From: the human T2T-CHM13v2.0 reference genome, Homo sapiens
DNA: 64,000 bases
Strand: one strand, 5' to 3'
Assembly (NCBI RefSeq): GCF_009914755.1
Contig: NC_060938.1
Each line of letters begins with the position of its first letter. Position 1 is the stretch's first letter. A program made the position numbers and the translations under genes. This document shows, piece by piece, positions 36,665 to 50,610 of the stretch. The notes below the pieces were generated by a model, which was not told the origin of the DNA, did no database searches, and was given only the letters and a program-made list of their open reading frames with translations.

Positions 36665-38649
36665 AAACAGTATGTTTTTCTTACATTTTTTCCTTTACCT
36701 TTTTGTTTGACTTACAGGGGTTTAAGTATTCTGTATTATCTTGTTTTTATTAAACCTGTTCTAGAAATAAACTTGTTGTCTCTGGAGAATATTCTGTTTT
36801 TTCAACCTGTTTGTTGGTCTGAACCAGTGTTGCACTGGTATTATTTCAGTAAAACTACAAAACCTTACCAAAATCCTTTCAGGACACTTAACTCTAAGAT
36901 TAAATTACATTTCAATAAATATTAATCACTGTAAGTAACAAAATATTTGTCTCATTCAATGGTCCATTAATTTCAAGTGATTTCTAATAAACTTCCAGGA
37001 TAAAAAAATTTGGACCGTCTCAGCATATGGTCACAGTCTGACCTGTAATATCTGTATCTTATGAAAAATGAATACGTTTATATTCCCTGTTCATTTGTTC
37101 AGTTTTTCTCAGCTGATGAGCAGACAGAAATGAAAACTAGTTATTGAATCTGTACTAGTCTCATCAACCTACTAAAAAAATTGAGGCCTGACAGACTCAT
37201 ATCCTGTCTAACCCAGGTAATCATCCAACCTTCTGAATTTCTTTGGCAATGGACATCTGTTTTTAAGAGTGAATACTGAAGATGTTTGTTTTACCAAGTT
37301 TTTAGAGTGTGAATTTAAGTTACACACGCACACTTAAATGTCAGTGGTTTCACATTTGACAACTGAAATTAAGTAGTAGTCTTTGTACACACTTTAAAAA
37401 CCACCTACCAGTTCAGTTAAAATTGTAGGTCTATTAACACTGAAATTATGTCGCTTGTGTACTGCTATATCCAGTGCAGCTACACCACATTGTCGATTCA
37501 GAGCCAAGGGATTTTACAGATTTTAAAGTGCGTTTATTTGACACACCACAAAGTCATTTAATGAAAGTTAAGGAATAATGATCAAAACATTTATCTAGTT
37601 AATAAGTAATTTTCAGAAATTTGGAACAGTACGCAAGCCATACTATTTCTGAAGTTCTACAGAAGTTCAAACACAATGATTCCTTTCTTGTCATCCGTTT
37701 GTCCCTATTTATAATATTAAAGCATAACTCAAAAGTATATGGTTACTATCCCTTTAGTAACCCATAAAATGTTGGAAGGTGTTTAGATGTTCTTTAGATT
37801 TTTGAAAATTAAGTATTTTTTAGAATACACATGGGTAATGTCAACATTTTTGGAAATATGATGTGCAGACAGACCTTAATTTTACTTGTATGTGACCTAG
37901 GGATACCCTCTATATAATAGCATTTGCCTTGGAACTGCTGCTCCTTCAGCTGGGTGCTGAAGACCTTCACCTTCCTTCTTGGGCCATCCCTTACTTCCCA
38001 TTTCAAGCCAGTAATATTAAGGAGGACATATAAGTGGCAACAGGAAAGGTAGGGGACAGTTTTGCCAATTTGCCCTCCTTCACCCCCTGCCCCACTTCAG
38101 ACAGTTTCATTAGCAAGATCCCTGCTCACATTATAAGGCCCATTCTGTTCCTTACCCATGCACAGCTCAAGTTTCTGCAACAAACGCTGGCATACGTTCT
38201 GAAAAGTTTCCCATAAAACAGACACTTAACTTCAGTTGCTTTCTGAGTCTTGGTTGCCACTGCCCGACAGGAGTATTTATTCTCTGATCTCACCAGCAGG
38301 GTGCAGTAGGGAGAAAAGTTGCCCTATAATTTCTTGGAGTACAGAACACATACAGATACGGTTTGGTTCTGTACCACTGCTTACCTTTCAGGGCCCCTAT
38401 GGTTTCAGTAAGCTTTGAGGGCACAAACTAAGAAGGCTAACACCAAGAGTATTGTTTGCATGGGTAAATATTACTAAAAGTCAACATACAAGTGAACTTT
38501 TAGAGCATATTTTTTATTTGGGAACTACCTGAAATACCCAGAAAACTATGCCACCACTTTAACAATCCAAGGACTTCAAATGTTTTCTAAAACTCTCTCT
38601 ACCCAAGTAGACATGCAAACTTTGATCTGAATTTCCTGACATTTCCTTA

Positions 38650-38952
38650 TTTTTCTGTTTTTGTTTTGTTTTTTTTTGAGACAGAGTCTTGCTCTGTCAC
38701 CCAAGCTGGAGTGCAGAGGCGAGATCTCGGCTCACTGCAACCTCTGCCTCCTGGGTTCAAGCAATTCTCCTGCCTCAGCCTCCCTGAGTAGCTGGACACG
38801 TGCCACCATGCCCAGCTAAGTTTTGTATTTTTAGTAGAGACGGGGTTTCACCATGTTGGCCAGGCTGGTCTCATACTCCTGACATCGTGATCCACCCGCC
38901 TCGGCCTCCCAAAGTGCTGGGATTTACAGGGGTGAGCCACCACGACCGGCCT
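38650..38952 (-). mobile_element. Alu
   Basis: Dimeric Alu consensus. Confidence 0.9.
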
Positions 38953-39259
38953 TCCTCATTTTTCTATAAATAATTTTAGATAGTAGGGTAAATGGAGTTC
39001 TTATTTCCAGGAATTTGAAAAGCTCATATTCTTTTGAGAAATGTTTTCCCAGGCAAATTTCTAATGCAGCTATTCCTCTACTTTTGAAATGTCCATCCCT
39101 CAGCTCAAAAGAAAGCACCCTGCAATTTAGATTCTTTTTTTAAAAAATTAAGTTTAAACTGGAAAGGGATAGTTTTAGCTTGTTCCACATGAAATCTTGC
39201 TGATAAGCAAATTCAACTACATTTCTATCCAAAAGAGTTCCTTTAAAAAGTCTGACTTA

Positions 39260-39652
<393 letters not shown>

Positions 39653-39996
39653 TTACTGTACATAGTTGTATATTTAAATTTTCTTAATATTGTGAACATT
39701 TAACATCTCAACCCTTCTGAAATGACTGATGGTGAAAGCTTCACAGAAAAGCTGGCCACGTCATGCTGTCGCCACTCAGTCCCACAACACCACACTCTCC
39801 TCCCTCCTCCTCCTGTTTCTGGCTAGACATTGCTTTCTGGACGTTTCTAAGGAAGCACAGGCCCAGCTTCTAATTCGACCAAAGGGTTTTAAAGTCTAAG
39901 TTCTAGCATTTTCTGAATGCTTCACAGTAGATGTTCCAGAAGAAATTAATGACTACAATAAGCATTCCAAATGATATTCTAAAATGAGGACTTTCT

Positions 39997-40334
<338 letters not shown>

Positions 40335-40586
40335 CTATTTCATCAAAAGACCCCACTAATCAGGAAAACTGATACCAGAGATACCAAAATTGATCAGTGG
40401 AAAACAGTGGTTTATAACTCTACGTTTTGTGGAAGTGCACATTTTGATAATTCTTATTAAAAGACACTAAGATACATGAAGCATTGTGTAAGTTTGGCAG
40501 ACATTAATATACTCATTTCAGAGGCAGTAAACCTATGAACCCTTAATGTTCTAGTTTGCTCTTGAAAATGATACTATTTCAAAGCT

Positions 40587-42945
40587 CAGTAATGTGGATA
40601 GATTTTTATTCAGAAATCCTTTCATATTCACTAACTGCAATTAAAAGTTTAAAATTACATGGCTCTTAGGAATGACGCCAAACATGCAACATTTTAAGAG
40701 TAATATTAAACAGTAATTTTGCCCTCAGAAGTTTACTTATCAAATTATTACAACAGGAACACAAATAGACCACATATTACTCTTTAATTAGATTTGTTTT
40801 ACAATATGTTCTTGTCAACGAGCTATGTCAAACTGTTTGTTTAAACCTGACAGAAAAGCATTTTCACAAAAACGTACCATGGAGAGGGAGGGGGAGGGGA
40901 AGAAGCACTTTTTCTAGAGATGGAAAATAGTTCCAGTAAAAAGTTCTTATTCCTTTCTTCTAAGGAGCTCGTTCTGAATATTTTCACTTAGTTCTACTGT
41001 TCTTTAAACAGGACTTTAAAAAGAATTTTGTATTTACAAAATTTACATTTTGTTCCTACAAAATGTAATTTTTTAATTTTGTAAAATAAAAATGTAAAAT
41101 TTTAATTTTGTTCCTACATGAGAAGTGTGCGTACTTTCAATTAGTTTTCATTAATATCTTCTGAGTTTTCCTCTTAGGTGGTTGGTTTCTGGGTAAGGCA
41201 GAGTTAGGCTGGTGCACACACTATTTAGGAAGTCCTGTCTCGTGGCTGACAACATACATGTAGTGCTCAAGGAAGTGAGTTAAGGAGTGACATGGGAATC
41301 AAAATGATGCCTAGAATAGTGTAATTTGGGAAACAGCCCTAGATTTGACATTTTGGAAGTTCACTGTAAGAAGAGACCCCAAAAAGAAGGAAAAGGGAAA
41401 GGGTTCCTCAGCTAAATATCCCACTCATCCATGCCTACTCAGCGGTCACTGTGACAAGGCCATCTTAATCGGGGCCAGAGATGACACTCTCCCCCTGTAA
41501 CTCAGCCTGGCTCTGTCTATTGGGATGTGCCTAAATGGGATGGGTGAGGGGGCACTAAACAGCTAACACTGGCCAGGGAATTAAGGAGCTAAAATGCAAG
41601 TACCTCTTGAATACCACAGCAATCTCTGTGCACAAATTTGGACTGTACTTTTTGGGAGAAGAGGTGAAAACTATTATTAACTATTCCCTTCCTTCAACCA
41701 AAAGGAAAAATACGCCTCTTTAAGGCTTCTTTTAATGATACTATAATGCTGAATTTATTTATGAAAAAGAAACAATACAGGTTGAGGTGGGAAAAGCCCC
41801 AAGGAAACGGAGTAAGTCACTGGCGGTCACAGGACTTGAATTCCCTGGGGACAGTGCTGTGGGGTCCCCTGCTCGCCATCCCAGCACCTCAGTCTGAGTA
41901 TAGATAATACTGCATTTTTGTAAAGACGAAGGCATCCTGCATTTACCATCACACTCCACCTACTCTTGTCCTAGTCATCTTACATACTCTTAGTCCTTAA
42001 TCTCTCCCAAAACGCTTCTCAGCGCCCATTGTTATTGTGTCATCTACAAAGCAACACATATATTAAAACTCAGATTTGTTTTTAACAAAAAAGTGCTTAA
42101 AACCACCCTAGGCAATTGTTTTTCACTTCATTTTCAACCAATAAAATCAAATTCATTTAGATCTATGAATAATACTGAAAAAATAATGCTTATTCTCTTA
42201 CATTTTAAATAATGTGCCTTCATCCTCAACTTTACATTAACTGACTCATTTCAGTATCTAAATGAATTGAGCTCTCATTTGAAAAACAGAAGGTACAACT
42301 ATATAGAATTTTTAGGATAAAAAATGTTCTGGATAGAAAAATCCTTTTGATGTTTCAAAATAACACAGATTCTCAGTATAGTTTTCAGTTTGGCAACTAA
42401 ACCATTATTAAGTACCCAAGGTTTTTAAAAAATAACAAAAGATAATAACATGATTTTTAAATACAAAGTTATATAGGAGCAACTCATATCTGTGGATCAT
42501 CCTTACACAAAGTTGTTTCTCACTAGAAAAATCCCTAAATATTTGTCATAAAATAAAAACTCCATTATCAAAAATTAGTTTAAGATAGAAATCTATGCAC
42601 TTTAATGATTGCCAGAATTGCCCAGCATAGCTTCAGTAAAATAGAGAATTGTCTAGAAAATACAATCTCCAAAATGTGTGCAAGTACTGCAAACCGGACA
42701 GACCGGGGCAGGGCAAGGCCCTTGAAACCAAGTCCTCCTTGAGCACCTTTCCCAGGTTAGAAACCCCTCTTCAGCCTGTGCTTCGCACGTTTCCTTCAGC
42801 GTGCCGCCATTCAGACTGCGCCACTTACGTCCCAGTGCCACGCTGCGTGGATCAAGTGTCAACGGGAAAGTATGAGTTAGGCAAGCGCTTTTTTTTTAAG
42901 CTGTAAACGCTTCACATGACTGGCCCCGTAAGAAATTGTGGGAGC
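40587..42945 (-). other. PTPN21: PTPN21 3'UTR (approximate end)
   Basis: AT-rich, repeat-free stretch after the stop; minus-strand AATAAA at 40605-40610 and a proximal one at 41754-41759; cleavage position is estimated. Confidence 0.7.
40605..40610 (-). terminator. PTPN21: PTPN21 likely main polyadenylation signal (AATAAA on -)
   Basis: Plus strand TTTATT; last such hexamer before the Alu cluster starting at ~40295. Confidence 0.65.
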
Positions 42946-43074
42946 TTAGATGAGCCTGGAGCTTTTCAGGAACTGGATGAGGACTCTGTACACAAATGTG
43001 TACTGGCAGAGAGTCTGCACCAGCATCATTCTCTGTTGCCTCAGCATGTCCAGCACTCTCGGGATGTCCAGCAC
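42946..43074 (-). CDS. PTPN21: PTPN21 exon 19, coding part (Q-loop, C-terminus)
   Basis: Minus strand cctAG|GTG CTG GAC...; [42 protein letters not shown]; stop TAA at 42946-42948. Confidence 0.96.
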   Translation of the reverse strand: MLDIPRVLDMLRQQRMMLVQTLCQYTFVYRVLIQFLKSSRLI

Positions 43075-43724
43075 CTAGGTTGAGAGAAACGGTAATGAAG
43101 ATAATGTGTTCCCCTGGGGAGACAGAAAGGATGGGAGGACACGAGTGTCCTGGCAGAAACCTGGTTGGGAGATGGACAGTCTCTTTTCCACCTTAGCGTC
43201 TTCTAGAAATAAGCCATGATTGCCTACTTCTGATTTTCTGATTAGTTTTAGCTATAAATAGAATGTCCATGCAGACTATTTCTTCAACATTCCCCAGGTG
43301 TAGCTCACTGACTTTGTATGGTTGGACATAATTACCATGTCTCACTAAATACCAAAATTATACAAAAACATAGTGTGCTAAGTGCTATCAGTATCTAGCT
43401 ATTTCCCTCAAGGGCTCTGGGCAGCATGAATCATCCTTGAAATGTAAACAGAAAAAGAATTCTGAGCTCAAATTTGAAAAACCCTGGGCAAGTAAAACAA
43501 AATTAAACAGCTTTATTTATCATATGACTTCTTAGTCTTTAATATGCTAATTGGTACTGAGACTCTCCAAGAAGACACAGCCTTTTGCAGGGAACATTAG
43601 TAACATCTTGAGGCCACCACAGTCCAAGGAAATGTGCGCAAAAAGAGCTATTAAGTCACTATGTCCCTCTCTTCCCCAGCCTCATTTCCACCCAAAAAGG
43701 CCAGGTGATCATAAGCGCCATCAC

Positions 43725-43885
43725 CTCATTGTGTTCCAGGCAGGCGATCATGATCTCCGACAAAATCACCACGCCAGTCCTTCCTACCCCAGCACTGCAG
43801 TGGACCAACAACGGAGGGTTGGGGCTTTGGGGATCACTTGTGCTATTTGTATGGCGTCGAACAGACTGGATCTCTTCAAGATATG
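43725..43885 (-). CDS. PTPN21: PTPN21 exon 18 (catalytic HCSAGVGRT)
   Basis: Minus strand cacAG|CA TAT...AAT GAG|GTGATG; HCSAGVGRT at 43776-43802; 161 bp. Confidence 0.96.
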
Positions 43886-44307
43886 CTGTGGAAAATCAAT
43901 GAAATAGAAAAGTACTCAAGGATCAAGGCGTATCACATTGTTGACTCAATCTTCATATTCTCTCCACTGATTAAGAGGACTGCAGATAAAGAGCACTGGG
44001 TGCCAGTGAACCAAACCCAACCACAAAGGGACAGTGTGACCCTGAGCAAGTCACTACCTCTGTCCACTTTCTGATCTACAAAATGAAATGACGGAGATAC
44101 TGAGTCAGCTGTGGCATTCTACTCACTACCAAATCATAATTTATAAACCTCGTTAACCCTCCCCAAAACACTTGTATTCTTTATGTTAAAACAAGTCCGA
44201 AGCTTATATGAGATAACATAAAGGAAATATTTCGGAAACATAAATGTTCCTCTCTGTTTAACACCTCCAGAGGCAGCTGTCCTCGGAACAAAGTTAAAGT
44301 CACTCAC

Positions 44308-44542
44308 ATAAAAATCCCTTGAGGTCTTCTGGACAGCCATGTTCAGGCCAGTCTGTGTATTGGAGGTGCCAGACGGTCCTCTCTTGCCCAGTAAGGAGGT
44401 GCTTCATCTTCAGGCCTGTGGTGGCATAGCAGCCAGAGTCTGTGCGGAACCGGGTCGTGATCTTAAACCTTCCATAGGTGACAGTGTTGTGCCTGGAACC
44501 AAGTCGTGGCCAGTACCTAAAGCTCTTCTCCCTTCCACCCTC
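44308..44542 (-). CDS. PTPN21: PTPN21 exon 17 (RYWP and WPE loop)
   Basis: Minus strand aacAG|GAG GGT...TTA T|GTGAGT; [12 protein letters not shown]...[17 protein letters not shown]; 235 bp. Confidence 0.96.
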
Positions 44543-44730
44543 CTGTTAAAGATGAGCATGGTTAAATGACTCGAGATCCGGCAATGGATGCCTTTCTCAC
44601 ATAGACGGCACATCTGAAACAGAACCACAACCCTACCCTGCCTTTTTCTCCACAGGTCAGGATTCCAGATGATTAACATTAACTGTTCTTCAGAGGCTGA
44701 GAAAATCACTTAAGAGAAATAAGTACCTAC

Positions 44731-44859
44731 CTCTTCTGCTGTCACCATTGCTATAATTGCAATTCCCTGTTCCCATACCATCTGCCAAAAATCTTGACAG
44801 GTATTCTGTAATGGTCCCTGTGTGGCAATATAATCCCATTCGATTCCACTGACAGAGAC
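44731..44859 (-). CDS. PTPN21: PTPN21 exon 16 (YIATQGP, DFWQMVW motifs)
   Basis: Minus strand cccAG|GTC TCT...GAA GAG|GTAGGT; 129 bp. Confidence 0.96.
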
Positions 44860-45059
44860 CTGGGATTAGAAAAGGTTAAAAAAATTGATGTGTGGGTATA
44901 ATATACATAGGTATGTATGCATGCATTCATGGTAGTACTAAAAAAGTTTTTTTAAAAAAGTAAAAAGTAAAAAAGTAGTAAACTGGATTATTCAGCAGAA
45001 TAAGGAAAGACTTTTCATCTTTTCCCTTGTGAATACAATTTGCATTACTGACATTTTTA

Positions 45060-45230
45060 TAAACTTAGGTACTGTGAATATACATAATATCTATGCAACC
45101 TGTTTAACCTTGCTGAATGTCAGTTCTCATTTATACAATAAAGATACTGCCTACCGTCATAGGGTCATTGTGAGGACTGAGTCAGTATCTATGGTACCTG
45201 GCACATAACTCAATAAGTAGCTGTTATTGC
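45060..45230 (+). mobile_element. MIR
   Basis: tttaaccttgctgaatgtcagttctcatttatac...cctggcacata...caataagtagctgttatt. Confidence 0.55.
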
Positions 45231-46235
45231 AGACATGGTGCCTCTTCTTTAAAAAAAACCTTCCTACTTAAGATAGTCTCACCTCTGAACTTCTGAGTCA
45301 AGGTCACTCTCCACAATAATATTAAGTTTCCACTTCAGATTTAACTTCCTTGAGAGCAGTCTAATACAACAGTAATTACTAGATTTGTGGTTAAGAGACC
45401 TGGGTTAAATCTTGGCTTCACCAATATTGAGTGACGACAATAACTGTCTCCAAACACTCACTAAACGTAAAACCCAGTGCCAAGCCTTGTGCCACACGCA
45501 CTCTCACTCAGGGCTGCCAGCCCCCTAGTCACCGCTCCACATCGTCTCACTGAGCACCCAGTGGCTGCCACTGTGGATGAGTACCAGGTTATAACAGTGA
45601 ATAAACACTAGGGAGGAGGAGGGGACTAGTGAGAAGCTGGCAGGGTAGGTGTCATCATTTATTTATTTCCATGTAAGTGAGATGAGGTCCCACAACACAG
45701 CTTATAAAGTGAGGTCCCACCTCATTTTAGATCTAGGCGTCAGACCCAGGTCTATCAAATTCTTTCCTCTATTCTGCAAGTGGCTGCTGAAGATTTTGAA
45801 ATATCACTACAGAACTACAGTATCATTCATTCTTATCCATCTAGTCATGAGAGACTGGATGAGTTATTTCAAGGAAATGCTCGGTTTTTAAGTAAATTAT
45901 GCTGATATTATATTTAAAAACAAAATAGTATGTGCATAGATTCCCAAAAGCCATCAAGGGGTACTGGCATTCACAGGCAGACTGCCAGTCTCCAGAAAGC
46001 CTTGGTGTCAGCTTGTTCCCTTCTCAAATAATACTTGCAAACTAAAGAAAAAAACCACCACCTGTCCACAGTTACTCATTCACTCACCATGAGATTTCTC
46101 CTTCCCAAAATAAAGAATTGAATGTGGCCAGCATGAACAAAGGGTACAATGAGGAAGAGGGAACATCTGGCTTTATTCCATCATGTGTTGTGAATCATCA
46201 TTTTGTCCATTTTCATAGGAGTGATATTACCCCAG

Positions 46236-46352
46236 ATAAGGTGCCAAGAACATACACTAGGGAAGGACAGCCTCTTAAATACATGGGACTGGGAAGACTG
46301 GATATCCATAAGCAGAAAAGTAAAACTGGACCCCCTATCTCTCACCATAAAC
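46236..46352 (+). mobile_element. Short internal L1 ORF2 fragment between 10-bp direct repeats
   Basis: Matches the reverse complement of L1MA 11400-11530 in this window; ATTACCCCAG at 46226-46235 and 46353-46362. Confidence 0.75.
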
Positions 46353-46624
46353 ATTACCCCAGTTTAATGGCATTATACTGGTTCCAGGAAAAAAGCACTT
46401 CTTCAAAGAAAAAAATGATACTTAAAAATTATTATAAAGAGTATGTAAAGAGAACAGATGGCACCTTGGTAAGTTGAAAGCTTTTGTGAACACCATCAAA
46501 AAGCCCAGACACTTTTGTTACATAAAAATGCATGTCAGTATGTGATGAGGAAAAACTAGCAATTCAGTGGCTCCCAGAATTTATGAGCTAAAAAGAGGTC
46601 TTCAGATTTAGAAGGACAAAGTTC

Positions 46625-46742
46625 TAAAGCCAGGCAACACAAGGTCAAGGCTGTAGGGAGCCATGATCATACCACTGCACTCCACCTGTCTGGGCGACAG
46701 AGCAAGACTCTATCTCAAAAAAGGCAAAAGAAAAAAAAAAAA
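46625..46742 (+). mobile_element. Alu 3' fragment
   Basis: ccactgcactcca...gggcgacagagcaagactc with A tail. Confidence 0.75.
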
Positions 46743-47051
46743 GCCGGGCAAATAAGTGCGCCCTGAGTCCTGGTAACAGTGTTGGGGGCAGAGTGGTTTC
46801 GCACATGGAGAGTAGACATGACTTTGGCTCTGTCTGATAGACGCTTTTTATCTAGCACTGGTATGTGGATTTCCCAGCTTGCAGTACAGTTTGTCACAAA
46901 TGTTTAAAACTAGGGTGTTTATCTAAAACAATACAATAAAAATAAATTTTAAAATATCTGAATTCTAAACAGACATGAATACAATTCTTACCATTCTTGT
47001 AACTTAACTGAAACTGCATGTGCTGTTGATTACTTGAGGCGTTCCTCTCAC

Positions 47052-47273
47052 CTTAATATGTGATGCGTTGATGTAACCAGTGTTGTTTTCTTTAGTTGGG
47101 ACCAACTCCACTCTCACATCATCATAAGGAAGAACATCTTGGAATCGATTTCTTTCTGCATTTTCAGGGAGTCGTGCTGTTGAGCACTCCCCATCAACTA
47201 GCCGTTTCTTAAGAATTCTTTCATATTCTGTGAATACCATTCCTTGTTCTAATCGTTGTTCCAGAATTTTACA
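47052..47273 (-). CDS. PTPN21: PTPN21 exon 15 (start of PTP domain; [15 protein letters not shown] motifs)
   Basis: Minus strand ttatAG|TGT AAA...ATT AAG|GTGAGA; 222 bp. Confidence 0.96.
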
Positions 47274-47370
47274 CTATAAAACAGAATATGTGTAATAACA
47301 TGAATACAGCCACACGTCGTGGCTACCTTTTGACTGTATATTTGAAATCTTGTTTTCTGCTTCAAATCTA

Positions 47371-47675
<305 letters not shown>

Positions 47676-48472
47676 ATTCTAGGTGAAAATGAAGTTAAAA
47701 TTTTAAAAAGCCACAACAACAAGAGTTAAAAGAACAAAAGACAATCATTTTGGTGAGAAATATAATGCAAACTTTTGTTTAAAGTTGAAAATTGGCCTAA
47801 AGAAATTTGTTGAATTCATTTTCTCTAGATCTGTGGTCAATTTTGTGACCCCTAATAGATGGAATTCTCCTGGGGAACAGTAAGTAAATCTAGGGGACGG
47901 ATAATGAGTTCCAACAGCTATGAACAAATGTTTCCATTTTATGTCATACGATATATAAAAGACTAAAGCAGTAGGAAATATTCGAAACTACCTCCAGGAT
48001 CCCGTTGTAAAGCAAATGTATGCCTATCTGATTTTGATGTAATAAAACCTCATAGAAAATACACCTCAGGCACAAAGGAAGTTTTGAAAAATTGAGAAAC
48101 TACTCTCGAGATAAACTTTCAGTATAATAAAAGTCAATGTCTGCTGCTTTTCCCCTGTATGCTCCTGTATTTTTGTAGATTTCTTCTCACTTTAAGGCCA
48201 TCAAAATCAAGACTGCTCCAAAAGGCCAGGAGAAGGTAAAAAAGAACACTGAGAAACAAACAAACAAAAAATCAGCATTCGAACCTGAAATTATCTATTA
48301 AGACATTAGCTATACATTTGCCCCAATTTTGAGGCCCATATTACAAAATTCCTTAACACTCATTTATTATTAAATTGTGTTAGAAAATTCACCAAAATCT
48401 CATGAAGGCATTTGCGTAGTATTTACCGGTTGTTCCAGAGAAGGCACAAAGCCCTGTGTGTCCCATACATAC

Positions 48473-48610
48473 CCTTTCATCATTCGTTGCTCTGGTAGCC
48501 ACTTCCTTTCCTTCATCAGGCAGAGGCACTCGAGATAGGGAGAGTCCATTTAGGGCAGCCAGTTTAAGAGGACCAATTTTTTTTGCATCTACTCGAGTCT
48601 TTTTCATTCC
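48473..48610 (-). CDS. PTPN21: PTPN21 exon 14
   Basis: Minus strand ttttacAG|GGA ATG AAA...GAA AGG|GTATGT; [11 protein letters not shown]...ATNDER; 138 bp. Confidence 0.95.
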
Positions 48611-49009
48611 CTGTAAAAGGATTTATATGTATATATGAAATATACACAAATACAACCCCTGTGAAAAGAAGTTTCAATGCACTGAAGACCAGGAACACAC
48701 AGAGGGAGTGTTCTCCTTTGCCAATAAACCCAGAAAGATTACACTCCTTCACACACCACTTGTTTAACAAACATTAGTAGGAAGACATTCCTTTCAAGGC
48801 CAAAGCCCTGATAAAGTCTTCCAGATAGAAGGTTTTGAAACACTATTGGTTACAAAGTTCTGTTGTAATGAAAGGTGAGGCTCCAGGCAGACTGCATTCC
48901 TTTTAAAACAAGACAGACGTAACAAATCAGCTGAAGTCCAAAAAAAAAAAAAAAAAAAAAAAACAAAAGCTTTAAATGCAATCAATTGACTATAGTAAGC
49001 TTTTATAAA

Positions 49010-49290
49010 TTTTTTTTTTGAGGGTCTCACTCTGTCACCCAGGCTGGATGGAATGCAGGGGCACCATCATAGCTCACTGCAGCCTCAACCTCCAGTCTCA
49101 AGCAATCCCACCTGAACCTCCCGAGTACCTGGGACTACCAGCACATGCCACCATGCCCAACTAATCTTTGTGTGTTTTGTAGAGATGGGGTCTCACTATG
49201 TTGCCCAGGCTGGTCTCAAACAACTGAACTTAAGCAGTGTTGGCCTCCCAAAGTGCTTGAGATTACAGGCGTGTGCCACCATGCCCGGAC
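49010..49290 (-). mobile_element. Alu (AluJ-like)
   Basis: Alu consensus; agctttt(t)ataa on both sides. Confidence 0.88.
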
Positions 49291-49631
49291 AGCTTTTTAT
49301 AATTTTTAAAATATATAAATTCTTTAAGTCATTCTGAAAAATTAAATGGTTTCTGCAGCAGCCCCCTTTGTGTGTTAAGCCCCCTCCTCATATGCTACTC
49401 TGCATTCTAGTGCAGACTTAGATGACCCGGGTTAGATCACGCTACCTCTCAGAACGGCTACGTTTTTAAACAAGGAAAATAAAACAGGGCTAAAATCTCC
49501 ATCATGACACCAGGAGGATAGGACAGAAGAGAAAGCATCAACAAAATCTTGTCTCCTGAAATCAAGTGTTTCCTAAAATTATTATTAGAGCATGATTTTC
49601 CTCTCTGAGAATAGTAAGCATAAGAACACTA

Positions 49632-49934
<303 letters not shown>

Positions 49935-50416
49935 CTACACTTCCTTGGATGATATCAATATAATGAGTAGCCCCAACTGGAAAATAATGGTTCTGCCCTG
50001 TAAACAAAATCCGTGTTATTCCAGCTCTCTCAGCCTGTAACAGGCCATGAAGCCCCATGATAATGGTGCAAGAACAGAGGGAAAAGGCAACTTGGTGAGA
50101 GAGGAAAAAAATCCTAAAAGATTGCTGCTGTAATTGGAGACTGTGATTGGTACCTAACTCAATAAGCTAAGTGGATTAATTTTTAATTTTATAATTAATA
50201 TTTGATCATGAGCTCCCCACATAATGCAGTCTAGACTATAAACAGCAGAGGCCTGGGTTCACATCTGGCCTCTAACTGACCAACTTCTTTCAGGCAAGTC
50301 ACCTTTCCTCTGTAAGCCTCACCTAGACAGAAAGAGACAGATATATCCAGACACAGGCATACAGACTAAACACTTCCTGCTTAGGCTGAAATTTAATGAT
50401 TCTAACGTGCAGAAAA

Positions 50417-50610
50417 CAGTGATGTGCTGGTAATATTTAACAACAGGCTCTTGGAAGGAAGTTTTGATCGGTGTTTGCCCATATCCATGGTGTAAATACT
50501 CCCATCACAGCCAATTTCAAACTGTTAATGTCACATCAATTGGCTCACAAGATTCCTGAACATTTAAGTCGGCTCTTGCTAGTCAATATGAACTAGCTCT
50601 GGCACTTCTC
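50417..50610. mobile_element. MER63-like hAT fossil
   Basis: cagtgatgtgctggtaatatttaacaac ... ccatggtgtaaatactccca. Confidence 0.55.

Noticed and set aside
44339-44569. + strand 76-aa ORF opposite PTPN21 exon 17
   Set aside because: Antisense shadow of a coding exon; no independent evidence
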